NCBI GenBank assembly: GCA_965228475.1 | Contig: OZ245817.1 | Coordinates: 2,176,001-2,240,000 of the forward strand | DNA: 64,000 nt | Direction of reading: 5' to 3' | Source: Myxococcota bacterium | GTDB lineage: Bacteria > Myxococcota_A > UBA9160 > JAFDDA01 | Shown here: piece by piece, positions 34,566-44,587 of the stretch | How the letters are laid out: the number at the start of each line of letters is the position of its first letter | How positions within the stretch are numbered: the stretch's first letter is position 1 | The notes under the pieces: generated by a model | What the model was told of the DNA's origin: nothing | Database searches by the model: none | Seen by the model: only the letters and a program-made list of their open reading frames with translations | Made by a program: the position numbers and the translations under genes

Positions 34566-34829
34566 GTGGCGAACAACGTACAGGCCTTCCGCGAGGCCTT
34601 GATGATGAGCAAGGCCGAACTGGCCCGCAAAGCCGGGCTCTCCACGCTCACCATCGATCGCGTCGAAGCGGGCCGGCCCTGCCGGCTCGACACCCAGCGC
34701 AAGATCCTCCTGGCGCTCGGGCTCAAGGTTCAAGACAAGGATCGGGTCTTCCGGCCCGGTTCTTCCGACGACAGTGACCGTTCTTCCCACGAAGCGACCG
34801 CTCCGGCCCACGCGCCGGACGGCGTGTAG
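34566..34829 (+). CDS. Small XRE-family HTH protein heading the pilM operon
   Basis: MMSKAELARKAGLSTLTIDRVEAG; AGGAGG RBS; ends 14 nt before pilM. Confidence 0.8.
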   Translation: MANNVQAFREALMMSKAELARKAGLSTLTIDRVEAGRPCRLDTQRKILLALGLKVQDKDRVFRPGSSDDSDRSSHEATAPAHAPDGV

Positions 34830-34843
34830 CCGGAGGTCCGCCC

Positions 34844-35920
34844 GTGAAGCTTCCGTTTCTTTCGAGTCTGAAGTCGAGTTCCACCGTGGGCCTCGACATC
34901 GGCTCCTCGTCGGTCAAGGCCGTCGAGCTCCGACAGCAAGGTGATGGCTACCAGCTCACGAAGCTCGGCCACGCGAAGTTGCCGCCCGAAGCGATCGTCC
35001 AGGGGGCCTTCCTCAACACGACCGCCATCGTGGATGCCATTCGCGAGGCCGTCGAATCGGCGGGCATCCGCTCCCGGGACATGGCCACGGCGATCTGCGG
35101 CCACTCGGTGATCGTGAAGAAGATCACGGTCCAGGAGATGAGCCGCGAGCAGCTCGAGGAATCCATCAAGTGGGAGGCCGAGCAGTACATCCCGTTCGAC
35201 GTGAACGAGGTGAACCTCGACTTCCAGATCCTCGACACGGCGACGACCGAAGGTCAGATGGACGTCCTGCTCGTGGCCGCCAAGAAGGACCTCCTCGACG
35301 ACTACGTCCAGGTGATCGCCGAGGCGGGCTACACGGCCCACGTCGTCGACATCGCGGGCTTCGCGGTGGAGAACGCCTACGAGGCCAACACCGACGGCGC
35401 CGCGGACGAGGTGATCGGGATCGCGAACGTCGGCTCCCAGGTCACCAACATCAACGTCGTCGCGAACGGGATTCCGGTCTTCACGCGCGACGTGGCGCTC
35501 GGGGGCTCGCTCTACACCGAGGAGATCCAGAAGGCGCTCTCCATCGGCTTCGAGGAAGCCGAGGCGATCAAGATCGGGGACCGCCGCGTGGACAGCAAGG
35601 ACGTCGTGCCCAAGGAGGTCGAAGAGTCCATGCGCCAGGTGACGGGCCAGATCGTGGGCGAGATCGCCCGCTCGCTCGAGTTCTACTCGGCGACGGCGGA
35701 GGACGGGCAGATCGGCAAGATCCTGCTCGCCGGCGGCTCGGCCCAGGTCTCCGGGCTCGCCGCGGCCTTCGAGGAGCGCATGGACGTTCCCGTCGAGGTG
35801 ATGAACCCGGTCGAGAACATCTCGGTGGGCTCGAACGTGGATCCCGAAATGATCGAAGCCCTGTGCCCCTCGCTCGCGGTGGGCATGGGTCTCGCCATGC
35901 GGAGGCTCGACGAACAATGA
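34844..35920 (+). CDS. pilM: PilM
   Basis: VGLDIGSSSVK, EAEQYIPF, VLLVAAKK, LAGGSA, MGLAMR. Confidence 0.95.
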   Translation: MKLPFLSSLKSSSTVGLDIGSSSVKAVELRQQGDGYQLTKLGHAKLPPEAIVQGAFLNTTAIVDAIREAVESAGIRSRDMATAICGHSVIVKKITVQEMSREQLEESIKWEAEQYIPFDVNEVNLDFQILDTATTEGQMDVLLVAAKKDLLDDYVQVIAEAGYTAHVVDIAGFAVENAYEANTDGAADEVIGIANVGSQVTNINVVANGIPVFTRDVALGGSLYTEEIQKALSIGFEEAEAIKIGDRRVDSKDVVPKEVEESMRQVTGQIVGEIARSLEFYSATAEDGQIGKILLAGGSAQVSGLAAAFEERMDVPVEVMNPVENISVGSNVDPEMIEALCPSLAVGMGLAMRRLDEQ

Positions 35921-36579
35921 TTCGAATCAACCTCCTTCCGTTCCGTGAGGTCCGCCGCCGGGCCGAGCTGCGAAATCAGCTCGGGCTCGTGGCGCTGGCC
36001 ATCGTGGTGGCAGGTGGGCTTTGCGTGATGCTTCAGCTCTGGTCTGCGACCCGGCTCTCGAGCGCCCGCTCGCAGGTCGCGAAGATCGAGAAGAAGATCA
36101 CCGAGTACGAGCCCGAGATGAAGCAGCTGCGCGGCTTCGAGGCCAAGCGGGGCGAGGTCGAGCGCAAGCTCGGCGTCATCCGCGGGCTCGAGAAGTCCCG
36201 GACCGGCCCGGTCCGCGCGCTCGACGAGCTCGCGACCAACACGCCGGACCGCGTGTGGCTGACCAGCCTGAAGGCCCAGGGCTCGAAGGTGGACCTCTCC
36301 GGCTACGCCCTCGACAACGAGGTCGTCGCGGAGTTCCTCACGGGGCTCGGGAGCTCCGAGCACTTCGGCTCCGTCGATCTGCGCGGCACCGAGTTCGTGC
36401 AGAGCAGCGGGGTTCGCCTGAACCAGTTCACCGTCCAGGCCCGCCTCACCGCCAAGAGCATCGAGGAGATCCAGGCCGAGGCCGAGGCCGCCCGCAAGGC
36501 CGCCGAAGGCGACGACGGCAAGAAGAAGAAGGGCAAGAAGAAGCGCAAGAAGCGCAAGAAGAAGGCGGGGTTGCTCTAA
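35917..36579 (+). CDS. pilN: PilN
   Basis: MIRINLLP, one TM, coiled coil, PDRVWLTSL. Confidence 0.92.
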   Translation: MIRINLLPFREVRRRAELRNQLGLVALAIVVAGGLCVMLQLWSATRLSSARSQVAKIEKKITEYEPEMKQLRGFEAKRGEVERKLGVIRGLEKSRTGPVRALDELATNTPDRVWLTSLKAQGSKVDLSGYALDNEVVAEFLTGLGSSEHFGSVDLRGTEFVQSSGVRLNQFTVQARLTAKSIEEIQAEAEAARKAAEGDDGKKKKGKKKRKKRKKKAGLL

Positions 36580-37328
36580 TGGGACTTTCTGACCTCGACA
36601 TCGCAGGCAAGGTCAACGCCAAGCTGGACGAGTTCCAGGGGCAGATCGACCAGCTCGCCAAGCTTCCGAAGCCCGTCCGCCAGGCCATGGCGCCGGTGGC
36701 CGGACTGCTGGTGCTCGCGGCCTACGTCTACCTCGTGCTGCTTCCGAACAACCACGAAGTGGACCGGCTGAACGCCCAGGCCAAGGCCAAGCAGATCGAG
36801 CTTTCGAAGGCCGAATCGGTGGCGGAGAACCTTCCCGCCTTCGAGCAGGAACTCAAGAACCTCGAGGCCGAGCTGAAGGTGGCGCTGCGGCAGCTGCCCG
36901 ACAGCAAGGAGATCCCGGGTCTGCTGACGGACATCAGCACGCTCGGCAAGAACGCGGGCCTGAACATCAAGAAGTTCACGCCCAAGCCCGAGGTGCCCCG
37001 CGGCTTCTACGCCGAGGTGCCCCTCGAGATCTCCTTCACCGGGAGCTTCCACCAGGTCGTCACGTTCTTCGATCTGATCGCGAAGCTGCCTCGTATCGTG
37101 AACGTCGGCGAGCTGAAGATGGACATCGATCGCGAGACCGCCGAGGGGACACGCCTCACGGTCAGCGGCAAGGCGACGACGTTCCGATTCATCGAGCAGA
37201 ACCCGACGGCCGCAAGCGCCGCGGTGCCCGGTGAGATTCCGCCGGCCAACCAGGCGGCAGTCACGGACCAGAACCCGGCCGACGCTCAGGCGGCGGCGAA
37301 GGGCCAGCAGCGGGGAGACGTGGGATGA
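36579..37328 (+). CDS. pilO: PilO
   Basis: QLPDSKEIPGLL, FYAEVP, GSFHQV..F...LPRIV. Confidence 0.92.
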   Translation: MGLSDLDIAGKVNAKLDEFQGQIDQLAKLPKPVRQAMAPVAGLLVLAAYVYLVLLPNNHEVDRLNAQAKAKQIELSKAESVAENLPAFEQELKNLEAELKVALRQLPDSKEIPGLLTDISTLGKNAGLNIKKFTPKPEVPRGFYAEVPLEISFTGSFHQVVTFFDLIAKLPRIVNVGELKMDIDRETAEGTRLTVSGKATTFRFIEQNPTAASAAVPGEIPPANQAAVTDQNPADAQAAAKGQQRGDVG

Positions 37329-37900
37329 CGAGGGGGATGATCTTCATCCTGGCGCTGGTGTTCCTGGGCGCCTGCTCGAAGGAGGAGGAGCCGTTGACGG
37401 CACCGACCGCCTCCGACTTCGAGAAGGAGCGCGCGGAACTCGCAGCGCGGGTCAAAGGCAAGCGGCCGGAGCTCGGCAAGAAGGATCGCAAGCGCGCCTC
37501 CGAGAAGGGCGTGGCGGACGAGACCGACTTTGCCGTCGTCGACAAGGACTACGTCTACGAGTCGGAGGGCAAACGCGACCCGTTCCGCTCCTTCATCCTC
37601 GATGCGAAGGATGAGCGAGAGGACTCGCGAGGGCCCCTCGAGCAGTTCGATCTGGCGCAGCTCACGGTCGTGGCCGTGGTCTGGGGCACGAACAACCCGC
37701 GCGCGGTGGTCAACGACCCTTCGGGGCGTGGATACATCGTGCGTGAGGGGACGTACATGGGGAAGAACGAAGGGCGCGTGATCGCGATTGCCGACAACGC
37801 GCTGACGGTGAAGGAAACCTACGTGGACTACTTCGGGGATACCACCACGAAGGACGTCTTGATGCGGGTTCGAGTCGAGAAGGAGGGGAACAAGAAATGA
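37325..37900 (+). CDS. pilP: PilP lipoprotein
   Basis: Lipobox LGAC, KRDPF, PLEQFDLAQL, G.YMGKNEGRV. Confidence 0.92.
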   Translation: MTRGMIFILALVFLGACSKEEEPLTAPTASDFEKERAELAARVKGKRPELGKKDRKRASEKGVADETDFAVVDKDYVYESEGKRDPFRSFILDAKDEREDSRGPLEQFDLAQLTVVAVVWGTNNPRAVVNDPSGRGYIVREGTYMGKNEGRVIAIADNALTVKETYVDYFGDTTTKDVLMRVRVEKEGNKK

Positions 37901-40839
37901 CGGGGCGCAACCGTTCGACGAAGATGACGTCGTACGCAGCCGGCCTGATCCTGCTGTTCGGCTTGGCCGTCGGCGCGACCGGCGAAAACGGCGGCATCCG
38001 CATGCTGTCCGACGTCAGCGTGGATGAGATCGATGGGGCGACGGTGCTGTCGCTGTACGGGCTGGCAGGGTCGACCTGGGAGACCACGGTGGGCGGCGAT
38101 GGCCAGGCCATCGAGCTCTCCTTCACGGGGGTCCGGCCGGAGTTCATGCCCGGCAACCTGGTCGTGAACGACGCCCGGGTGAACTCCGTGGCGTTCGCCG
38201 AGGAGACGGGTCCGGAGGGTGAGCCGCGCACGGTCGTGGCCATTCTCGGGAAGACCGGCCTCGAGCACGAAGTCACGACCGAGGGCGATCGCCTGATGGT
38301 CCGCGTGACCGGCGGAGCGGCCGTGGCCGACACCGCCCAGGCGGTTCCGGTGGCGATGGCGGAGACTCCGGAAGCCGCGCCGACGTCCGAAGTGACGCCG
38401 GTGGCGCCTCCGGCCAAGCCGGCCCCGAGCCCGGTGACGCAGCAGGCGGCCACGCCGGTCGAGGCCAGCGTTCCGCCGAGCGCGACGCTGCTCGCGGTCG
38501 ACGTCGAAGGCACGCCGGGGCACACGGTCGTTCGCATGAAGACCGACGGCTCGGTGGTGGACGTGAAGACGTTCACCCTGAAGGAGCCGCCGCGCCTGGT
38601 GATCGACCTCGTGGGCATGAAGAACCAGGTCCGCACGTCGAAGATCCCGCTCGGGCTGCCCCAGGCGGATCGGCTGCGGATCGGCCAGCACCCGAACAAG
38701 GTCCGGCTCGTGCTCGACGGCACGCAGGCCGCACCGTTCGGGGATCGCGACGTCTCCATGACGAGCGACGGCGTCGTTCTCACGATCGGGAATCCGGCCC
38801 AGGTGGCGCAGCTGCCTTCGGTGTCCGAGTCCCCGAGCGAGACGGCTTCCGAGTCCGAGGAGACGGCCTCGGTGCCGAGCCCCGTCGAGGACACGCCGCC
38901 GCCGGCCAAGGCCGCCGAGACGAATGAAACGTCGGCGGCGCAGCCCGCGGGCGAGCCGGAGACGATGGGCGTCGAAGCGACGACTCCGACCCAGGTCGGC
39001 GTCGGTGCACCGACGGACCAGGCGCCGGGCCAGAGCGTGGCGGTCAGCAACGTCGAACTCGAGTCCCTGCCGGACCGAGATCGCCTGCTGATCTTCCTCG
39101 GTGAGCCGACGGAGTACCGCCTGTTCGAGCCCGACTCGGACACGGTGGTCGTGCGGCTCCTCGATGCCCAGATCGACGACACGGCAGCGGTCCGGCTGAT
39201 CCCGCCCTCGGGCGGCCCGGTTTCGCTCGTGACCTCCTTCCAGCAGCCCGACGTCGAGCTGCCCGAGGTCCGCGTGGTCGTGACGCGCAACGGCGGTTCC
39301 GCTCCGGAAGTCCGGCAGCAGGGCCCGCTCCTGATGATCGACTTCGCCAAGACGGCGGACCAGATCGCCCAGGAGACCGAGGCGGCTTCGGCGCCGCAGA
39401 CGACGGCGGCGGCCCCGGTGCCCGCGGCCGTGCCCGCGAGCCTCGCTCCGGCCCAGGAGTCCGCGGTCACGACGCAGCCGGCGATCGAGCGCATCCAGGA
39501 GCAGGTGATCGGGAGCGCTCCGGCGAACATCGATCCCGACTCCCCGGTGGCCATCCTCCAGGAGGGCGGCTTCCAGGAGGGCAAGCCCTACGTCGGACGG
39601 CGCATCTCGCTCGACTTCAAGGACGCCGAGATCGACGACGTGCTGCGGCTCGTCGCCGAGGTCAGCGACCTGAACGTCATCGCGGGCGACGAGGTCGGCG
39701 GCAAGGTGACGATCCGCCTGGTGGACGTGCCTTGGGACCAGGCCCTCGACGTCATCCTGATGACCCAGGGGCTCGGCTTCGAGCGCGTCGGCAACGTCCT
39801 GCGCATCGCTCCTTCGGACCTTCTCCAGGCCGAGCGGGAGGCTCGCATGCAGGAGCGCCGCGCGATGGAGAAGCTCGAGGACCTGATCGTCAAGCTGCAG
39901 CCGGTGAACTACGCCGACGTCAAGGAAGTCTCGAAGCTGGTCAAGCGCCTGCTTTCGGGCCGCGGCACGGTCAACACCGACGAGCGCACGAGCACGCTGA
40001 TCATGAAGGACATCCCTTCGGTGATCGACGAGGCCACGGCGCTGGTCAAGGCGATCGATACGCAGACGCCGCAGGTGATGATCGAGGCGAAGATCGTGGA
40101 AGCGCAGCTCGACTTCTCGCGCGAGCTGGGTTCCGAGTGGGGCGCGGGTACGCAGCCTGACGAGGACTTCCAGGACTTCGTGACGGGCGGCGTGCAGCCG
40201 ATCACGGCCTTCGGCCGCGGTTGGCCGGACAGCTACGCCAACAACGTGGTGGTCAGCAACCCGATCACCAGCGTCGCCAACGGCGTGGTGAACATGGGCT
40301 CCTTCCTGCTCGGCAACAAGGTGAACGTGAACCTCCGCCTGGCCGCTGCCGAGAGCCGCGGTGAAGGCAAGGTGATCTCGAGTCCGCGGGTCGTGACCCT
40401 GGACAACCGGGAAGCGATCATCGAGCAGGGTGTGTCGATCCCGTTCCAGACCTTCGAGAACGGTGATGCGGCCCTCGAGTTCATCGACGCGGTGCTGCAG
40501 CTGAAGGTGCGGCCGCACATCACGGCCGACCGCAGCATCATCATGAAGCTGGAAGTCTCGCGCAACGCGCCGGACGACTCGGTGGCGACGCCCACCGGCT
40601 CCCCGGCGATCGCCAAGAACGAGGCGATCACCGAGACCCTGGTGAAGGATGGGCAGACGCTCGTGATCGGCGGCATCTACGTGGTGGAGAAGACGAACGC
40701 GCAGTCGCGGGTTCCGTATCTGCACCGGCTGCCGTTCGTCGGGCGTGCGTTCCAGAACAAGTCGATCCGCGACATCCGCAAGGAGCTGCTGATCTTCGTG
40801 ACGCCGCGGGTGGTGCAGCCCTCCGAAGTGGGGAGCTGA
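37897..40839 (+). CDS. pilQ: PilQ secretin with N-terminal AMIN-like domains
   Basis: PPRLVIDL (AMIN), ISLDFKDA, VPWDQALD, QVMIEAKIVE, ELLIFVTPRVV. Confidence 0.95.
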   Translation: MTGRNRSTKMTSYAAGLILLFGLAVGATGENGGIRMLSDVSVDEIDGATVLSLYGLAGSTWETTVGGDGQAIELSFTGVRPEFMPGNLVVNDARVNSVAFAEETGPEGEPRTVVAILGKTGLEHEVTTEGDRLMVRVTGGAAVADTAQAVPVAMAETPEAAPTSEVTPVAPPAKPAPSPVTQQAATPVEASVPPSATLLAVDVEGTPGHTVVRMKTDGSVVDVKTFTLKEPPRLVIDLVGMKNQVRTSKIPLGLPQADRLRIGQHPNKVRLVLDGTQAAPFGDRDVSMTSDGVVLTIGNPAQVAQLPSVSESPSETASESEETASVPSPVEDTPPPAKAAETNETSAAQPAGEPETMGVEATTPTQVGVGAPTDQAPGQSVAVSNVELESLPDRDRLLIFLGEPTEYRLFEPDSDTVVVRLLDAQIDDTAAVRLIPPSGGPVSLVTSFQQPDVELPEVRVVVTRNGGSAPEVRQQGPLLMIDFAKTADQIAQETEAASAPQTTAAAPVPAAVPASLAPAQESAVTTQPAIERIQEQVIGSAPANIDPDSPVAILQEGGFQEGKPYVGRRISLDFKDAEIDDVLRLVAEVSDLNVIAGDEVGGKVTIRLVDVPWDQALDVILMTQGLGFERVGNVLRIAPSDLLQAEREARMQERRAMEKLEDLIVKLQPVNYADVKEVSKLVKRLLSGRGTVNTDERTSTLIMKDIPSVIDEATALVKAIDTQTPQVMIEAKIVEAQLDFSRELGSEWGAGTQPDEDFQDFVTGGVQPITAFGRGWPDSYANNVVVSNPITSVANGVVNMGSFLLGNKVNVNLRLAAAESRGEGKVISSPRVVTLDNREAIIEQGVSIPFQTFENGDAALEFIDAVLQLKVRPHITADRSIIMKLEVSRNAPDDSVATPTGSPAIAKNEAITETLVKDGQTLVIGGIYVVEKTNAQSRVPYLHRLPFVGRAFQNKSIRDIRKELLIFVTPRVVQPSEVGS

Positions 40840-40899
40840 TCCAGCCAGCGGCCCTCTGGGGTCGTGCGTCCGGCAGCGCCGGGCGAGAACGCAACACGG

Positions 40900-40930
40900 G
40901 CCCCGGGGTCTTCGCGACCCCGGGGCTTCG
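40900..40930 (+). terminator. Hairpin / putative terminator after pilQ
   Basis: Perfect 11-bp stem GCCCCGGGGTC-TTCGC-GACCCCGGGGC; weak U tract. Confidence 0.55.
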
Positions 40931-41015
40931 TGCATCCGGGCACGGGTGCGCCGAGACGCTCGAGGGGGGCGGGCGCCCGCGGCGCAAGACGGTGAGGGTC
41001 GTCTATGGTCTGGGC

Positions 41016-41582
41016 ATGGGGGGTTCGACGATCTGGCTCGTGGGCATGATGGGCGTCGGCAAGACTTCGGTCGGCCGGGCGCTCGCCGTCCGCCTCGGTC
41101 TCGAGTTCTTCGACGCCGACGAAGCCGTGGAGCGGGCCTCGGGCGCGCGCGTGAGCGAGATCTTCGAGCGCGAAGGCGAACGGGGTTTTCGCCGGCGCGA
41201 GCGCCAGGCCATCAGCGAGCTCGCCGGCCGCGAAGCCGTCGTCGCCCTCGGCGGGGGCGCCCTCACGAACCCCGGCGTGCCGAGCCTGCTCGCCGAGACC
41301 GGGCGCGTCGTCTACCTGCGTGCCGACCCCGAGACCCTGCTCGAGCGCGTCGGGGGTGGAGACGATCGTCCGCTGCTCGCCGGTCTCGACGCCGCGGGGC
41401 GTCTCGAGCGGCTTCGTGACCTACTGAGGGAACGGGAGATCCACTACGGTTCCGCGAGGTTCGTCGTCTCGGCCGACGACGGCGATGCCGAGGAAGTGGC
41501 CGCGCGCGTGGCGCGCGCGCTCGAACCAGCCGACGAAGCCGGCGGCGAAGCAGCGGACGAGAACGGAGGGCAGGGCGGTTGA
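41016..41582 (+). CDS. aroK: Shikimate kinase
   Basis: GMMGVGKTS, IFEREGE..FR, LGGG, RPLL. Confidence 0.92.
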   Translation: MGGSTIWLVGMMGVGKTSVGRALAVRLGLEFFDADEAVERASGARVSEIFEREGERGFRRRERQAISELAGREAVVALGGGALTNPGVPSLLAETGRVVYLRADPETLLERVGGGDDRPLLAGLDAAGRLERLRDLLREREIHYGSARFVVSADDGDAEEVAARVARALEPADEAGGEAADENGGQGG

Positions 41583-42712
41583 CGGCCCGAACGAAGACGG
41601 TGAAGGTGGATCTCCCGGGCTCGGACCGTTCCTACCCGATCCGCTTCGGCCAGGGCCTGCTCGCGGGTGCAGGCGCCGAGATCGCCGGGGCGACGAAGGC
41701 CTCCCGCGCCGTGATCGTGTCCGTGCCCCCGGTGGCCCGGCGCTACGCGGGGCCGCTCGAACGCTCCCTGCGCGAAGCGGGGATCCGCACCAAGCGCATC
41801 GTCGTTCCCGACGGCGACAAGACCAAGAACCTCGGCCAGGTGAAGAAGCTCTACAGCGAGCTCCTGGCCTGGGGGGCGGATCGCGGCACCGCCGTGGTGG
41901 CGCTCGGCGGCGGCGTGGTGGGCGATCTCGCCGGCTTCCTCGCCGCGAGCTTCCTGCGCGGGGTCCCCTTCGTGCAGATCCCCACGACGATCCTCGCCAT
42001 GGTGGATTCGAGCGTCGGCGGCAAGGTCGGCGTGAACGTCCCCGAGGGCAAGAACCTCGTCGGCGCCTTCTACCAGCCGAAACTCGTGCTGGCCGACGTC
42101 GACGTCCTGGCGACGCTCCCGGCCCGCCAGCGTGCCGCAGGCCTCGTCGAGGCCGTGAAGCACGGCATCATCCTCGACGAGAAGCTCTTCCTCCGCTTCG
42201 AGCGCGAGATGGAGCGGGTCCGCGACCTCGACCCGGCCGTCCTCCTCCCGCTCCTGGCCGCCTCGTGCAACGTGAAGGCCGAGGTGGTGGCTCGGGACGA
42301 GCGCGAGGCCGGCCTCCGCATGCTGCTGAACTTCGGCCACACCCTGGCCCACGCGGTCGAGAAGCTCTCGAAGTACCGGGGCATCCTCCACGGCGAGGCC
42401 GTGGCGATGGGCATGACCTACGCCGCCCGGCGCTCCGAGGCCCTGGGGCATGCACCCGCGGGGACGGCCGATCGGATCGAGGCGGTCCTCCACCGCCTCG
42501 GCCTCGAAACCGAACTTCCCGGGTTTCCACGGAGTGCTTATCTCGAAGCGCTTCGGGTCGATAAGAAGAGGAAGGAGGCGCACATCCGATTCGTGGTGTT
42601 GCGCCGGATCGGGGCTGCCGAGACGGTCCCGCTCACCCCGGCCGAGGTCTACCCCCCGCTCCGCGGCCAGAAGACGCGCCCGAAGAAGGGGCGCAGGAGC
42701 GCGCGCAAGTGA
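41579..42712 (+). CDS. aroB: 3-dehydroquinate synthase
   Basis: GGGVVGDLAGF, PTTILAMVDSSVGGK, LNFGHT, HGEAVA. Confidence 0.95.
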   Translation: MTARTKTVKVDLPGSDRSYPIRFGQGLLAGAGAEIAGATKASRAVIVSVPPVARRYAGPLERSLREAGIRTKRIVVPDGDKTKNLGQVKKLYSELLAWGADRGTAVVALGGGVVGDLAGFLAASFLRGVPFVQIPTTILAMVDSSVGGKVGVNVPEGKNLVGAFYQPKLVLADVDVLATLPARQRAAGLVEAVKHGIILDEKLFLRFEREMERVRDLDPAVLLPLLAASCNVKAEVVARDEREAGLRMLLNFGHTLAHAVEKLSKYRGILHGEAVAMGMTYAARRSEALGHAPAGTADRIEAVLHRLGLETELPGFPRSAYLEALRVDKKRKEAHIRFVVLRRIGAAETVPLTPAEVYPPLRGQKTRPKKGRRSARK

Positions 42713-43734
42713 AGCAGGACGAGATCGCACGTCTCGAGGGCTTGCTCGACGGGCCGCTTTCGGCCATGGCCTATCCGATGCTGGCGGAGGCGCACCGGCG
42801 CGCCGGCCGGCCGGAAGAAGCGGAACGCGTTGCGCGGGAGGGGCTGCGCGGCGCCGCCCCGGCGACGTCCGGACACATCGCCCTCGCGCTCGCGCTGCTC
42901 GATCAGAAGCGCGGCGACGAAGCGCGCGCCGAACTCGAGAGTCTGCTCGGTGCCGGAACGGAGCATGCGATCGCCGGCGAGGCGGCCGAGCGCTCGCAGC
43001 CCGGCTTCCCGGGCGCGGAAGATACGGACTCGCAGGCCTCCGCCTCGCCCTGGTCTGCGAGCGCAGCGTCGGCCCTGCCCGAGGTCGAACCGGTCACGCC
43101 CGTGGAGCCGCCGGTCGCCGGACCTTTCGGTCCGCCGCCGCCGCCCGCTCCGGCCGAAGCCCTCGTCTTCGAGGGCGACGTCGACGACGACGAGCTCGAC
43201 GACGCCTTCGACGAAGCGGAGAGCGACCGCGAACAGATGATCGGCGCCGACGACGTGGCCCACGCGGCGCTCTCGGCGGTGCTCGACGAAGAAGACGACG
43301 ACCTCGAGGAGGAGCCGGAAGGCGACGGTCTCGCCCTCGCGGACCCGACCTCTCCCTTCGCCACGGAGACCGTCGCGGATCTGCTCACGCAGCAGGGTCA
43401 CACCGAGGAGGCGGAGGAAGTTCGCGCCCGCCTCGCGGAGAGCCCGGTCGAGCCTGCGCCTGCGGGCGTGCCGCTCGCGGCGATCGCACTCCAGCCGCTC
43501 GCCCCGGCCGACGTGCCCGACCCGGAGCCCCTCGAGGCTCCCGTCGGGATCGATCCGTCCGATTCGCCGGTGACGCCCTTCGAGGAACCGGAAGTCGCTG
43601 CCCCGGAGCCCGTGGCACTCGACCCGGAGCCCATCGAACTCGACGGGGCCACCGGCCCCGAACGCCCCCGCCAACAACGAACCCAGGCCACGCTCGAGCG
43701 CTGGCTCGACAACCTGCGGAGGGACCGCCCATGA
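42709..43734 (+). CDS. TPR-containing acidic hypothetical protein
   Basis: N-terminal TPR-like helices, acidic Pro-rich linker, TETVADLLTQQG motif, C-terminal LERWLDNL helix; coupled to both neighbours. Confidence 0.7.
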   Translation: MKQDEIARLEGLLDGPLSAMAYPMLAEAHRRAGRPEEAERVAREGLRGAAPATSGHIALALALLDQKRGDEARAELESLLGAGTEHAIAGEAAERSQPGFPGAEDTDSQASASPWSASAASALPEVEPVTPVEPPVAGPFGPPPPPAPAEALVFEGDVDDDELDDAFDEAESDREQMIGADDVAHAALSAVLDEEDDDLEEEPEGDGLALADPTSPFATETVADLLTQQGHTEEAEEVRARLAESPVEPAPAGVPLAAIALQPLAPADVPDPEPLEAPVGIDPSDSPVTPFEEPEVAAPEPVALDPEPIELDGATGPERPRQQRTQATLERWLDNLRRDRP

Positions 43735-44105
43735 GCTTCTCGGACATCCTCGAAGAGATCGTCGAAAACTGTGGCGGCGGCGTCGGCGCCGCCCTGATGG
43801 GCGAGGACGGCATCGCCATCGAGCAGGTGATGGCCCGCAACCCGGCCGTCGCCCTCGATGCCGAGGACGTCGGCGCTGCGGGGGTCGAGTTCGGCCGCAT
43901 CCTCATGGAGATCGGCAAGGCCTCGGACGCCCTCGGCGGCGGGGCGCTCGGCGAGACCGTGGTCCGGCTGGCCCGCTTCACGCTGATCTTCCAGATGGTC
44001 GACGCCGAGAACTTCCTGGTGCTCGCGCTCTCGCCCGATGGCAACCTCGGCAAGGCGCGCTATCTCCTTCGGACCCAGCTGCACGCCCTTCGCGCCCTGT
44101 TCTAG
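43731..44105 (+). CDS. Roadblock/LC7 protein, MglC-like
   Basis: MSFSDILEEIV..GAALMGEDGIAIE ... GNLGKARYLLR; downstream of pilQ. Confidence 0.75.
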   Translation: MSFSDILEEIVENCGGGVGAALMGEDGIAIEQVMARNPAVALDAEDVGAAGVEFGRILMEIGKASDALGGGALGETVVRLARFTLIFQMVDAENFLVLALSPDGNLGKARYLLRTQLHALRALF

Positions 44106-44141
44106 GGCGGGAGGCGAGGCGCAGCGGGGCAGGGGGCTTCC

Positions 44142-44582
44142 GTGTCCGCACGCGTGCTCGTCCTTCATGGTCCGAACCTGAACCAGCTCGGCACCCGGGA
44201 GCCCGAGATCTACGGGCACACGACGCTGCCCGAGATCGACGAGCGCCTGGCCGCCGAAGCCAAGGAGTTCGGCGCGGAAGTCGAGTGCTTCCAGTCGAAC
44301 CACGAAGGCGCCTTGATCGACCGCATCCAGGACGCGGCCGGCTGGGCCGACGGCATCCTGATCAACCCCGGCGGCCTGACACACACGAGCGTTGCCCTGC
44401 GTGACGCCCTGGCGGGATGCACGCTGCCGATCGTCGAGGTGCATCTCTCGAACGTCCACCGCCGGGAACCCTTCCGGCACCATTCCTACGTCTCCGGCGT
44501 GGCCACCGGCGTGATCTGCGGCTTCGGCCCGAACGGCTACGTCCTGGCACTGCGCGCGCTGCTCGACGTCGTCGCCGGCTGA
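44142..44582 (+). CDS. aroQ: Type II 3-dehydroquinate dehydratase
   Basis: [39 protein letters not shown]. Confidence 0.96.
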   Translation: MSARVLVLHGPNLNQLGTREPEIYGHTTLPEIDERLAAEAKEFGAEVECFQSNHEGALIDRIQDAAGWADGILINPGGLTHTSVALRDALAGCTLPIVEVHLSNVHRREPFRHHSYVSGVATGVICGFGPNGYVLALRALLDVVAG

Positions 44583-44587
44583 CGCGA

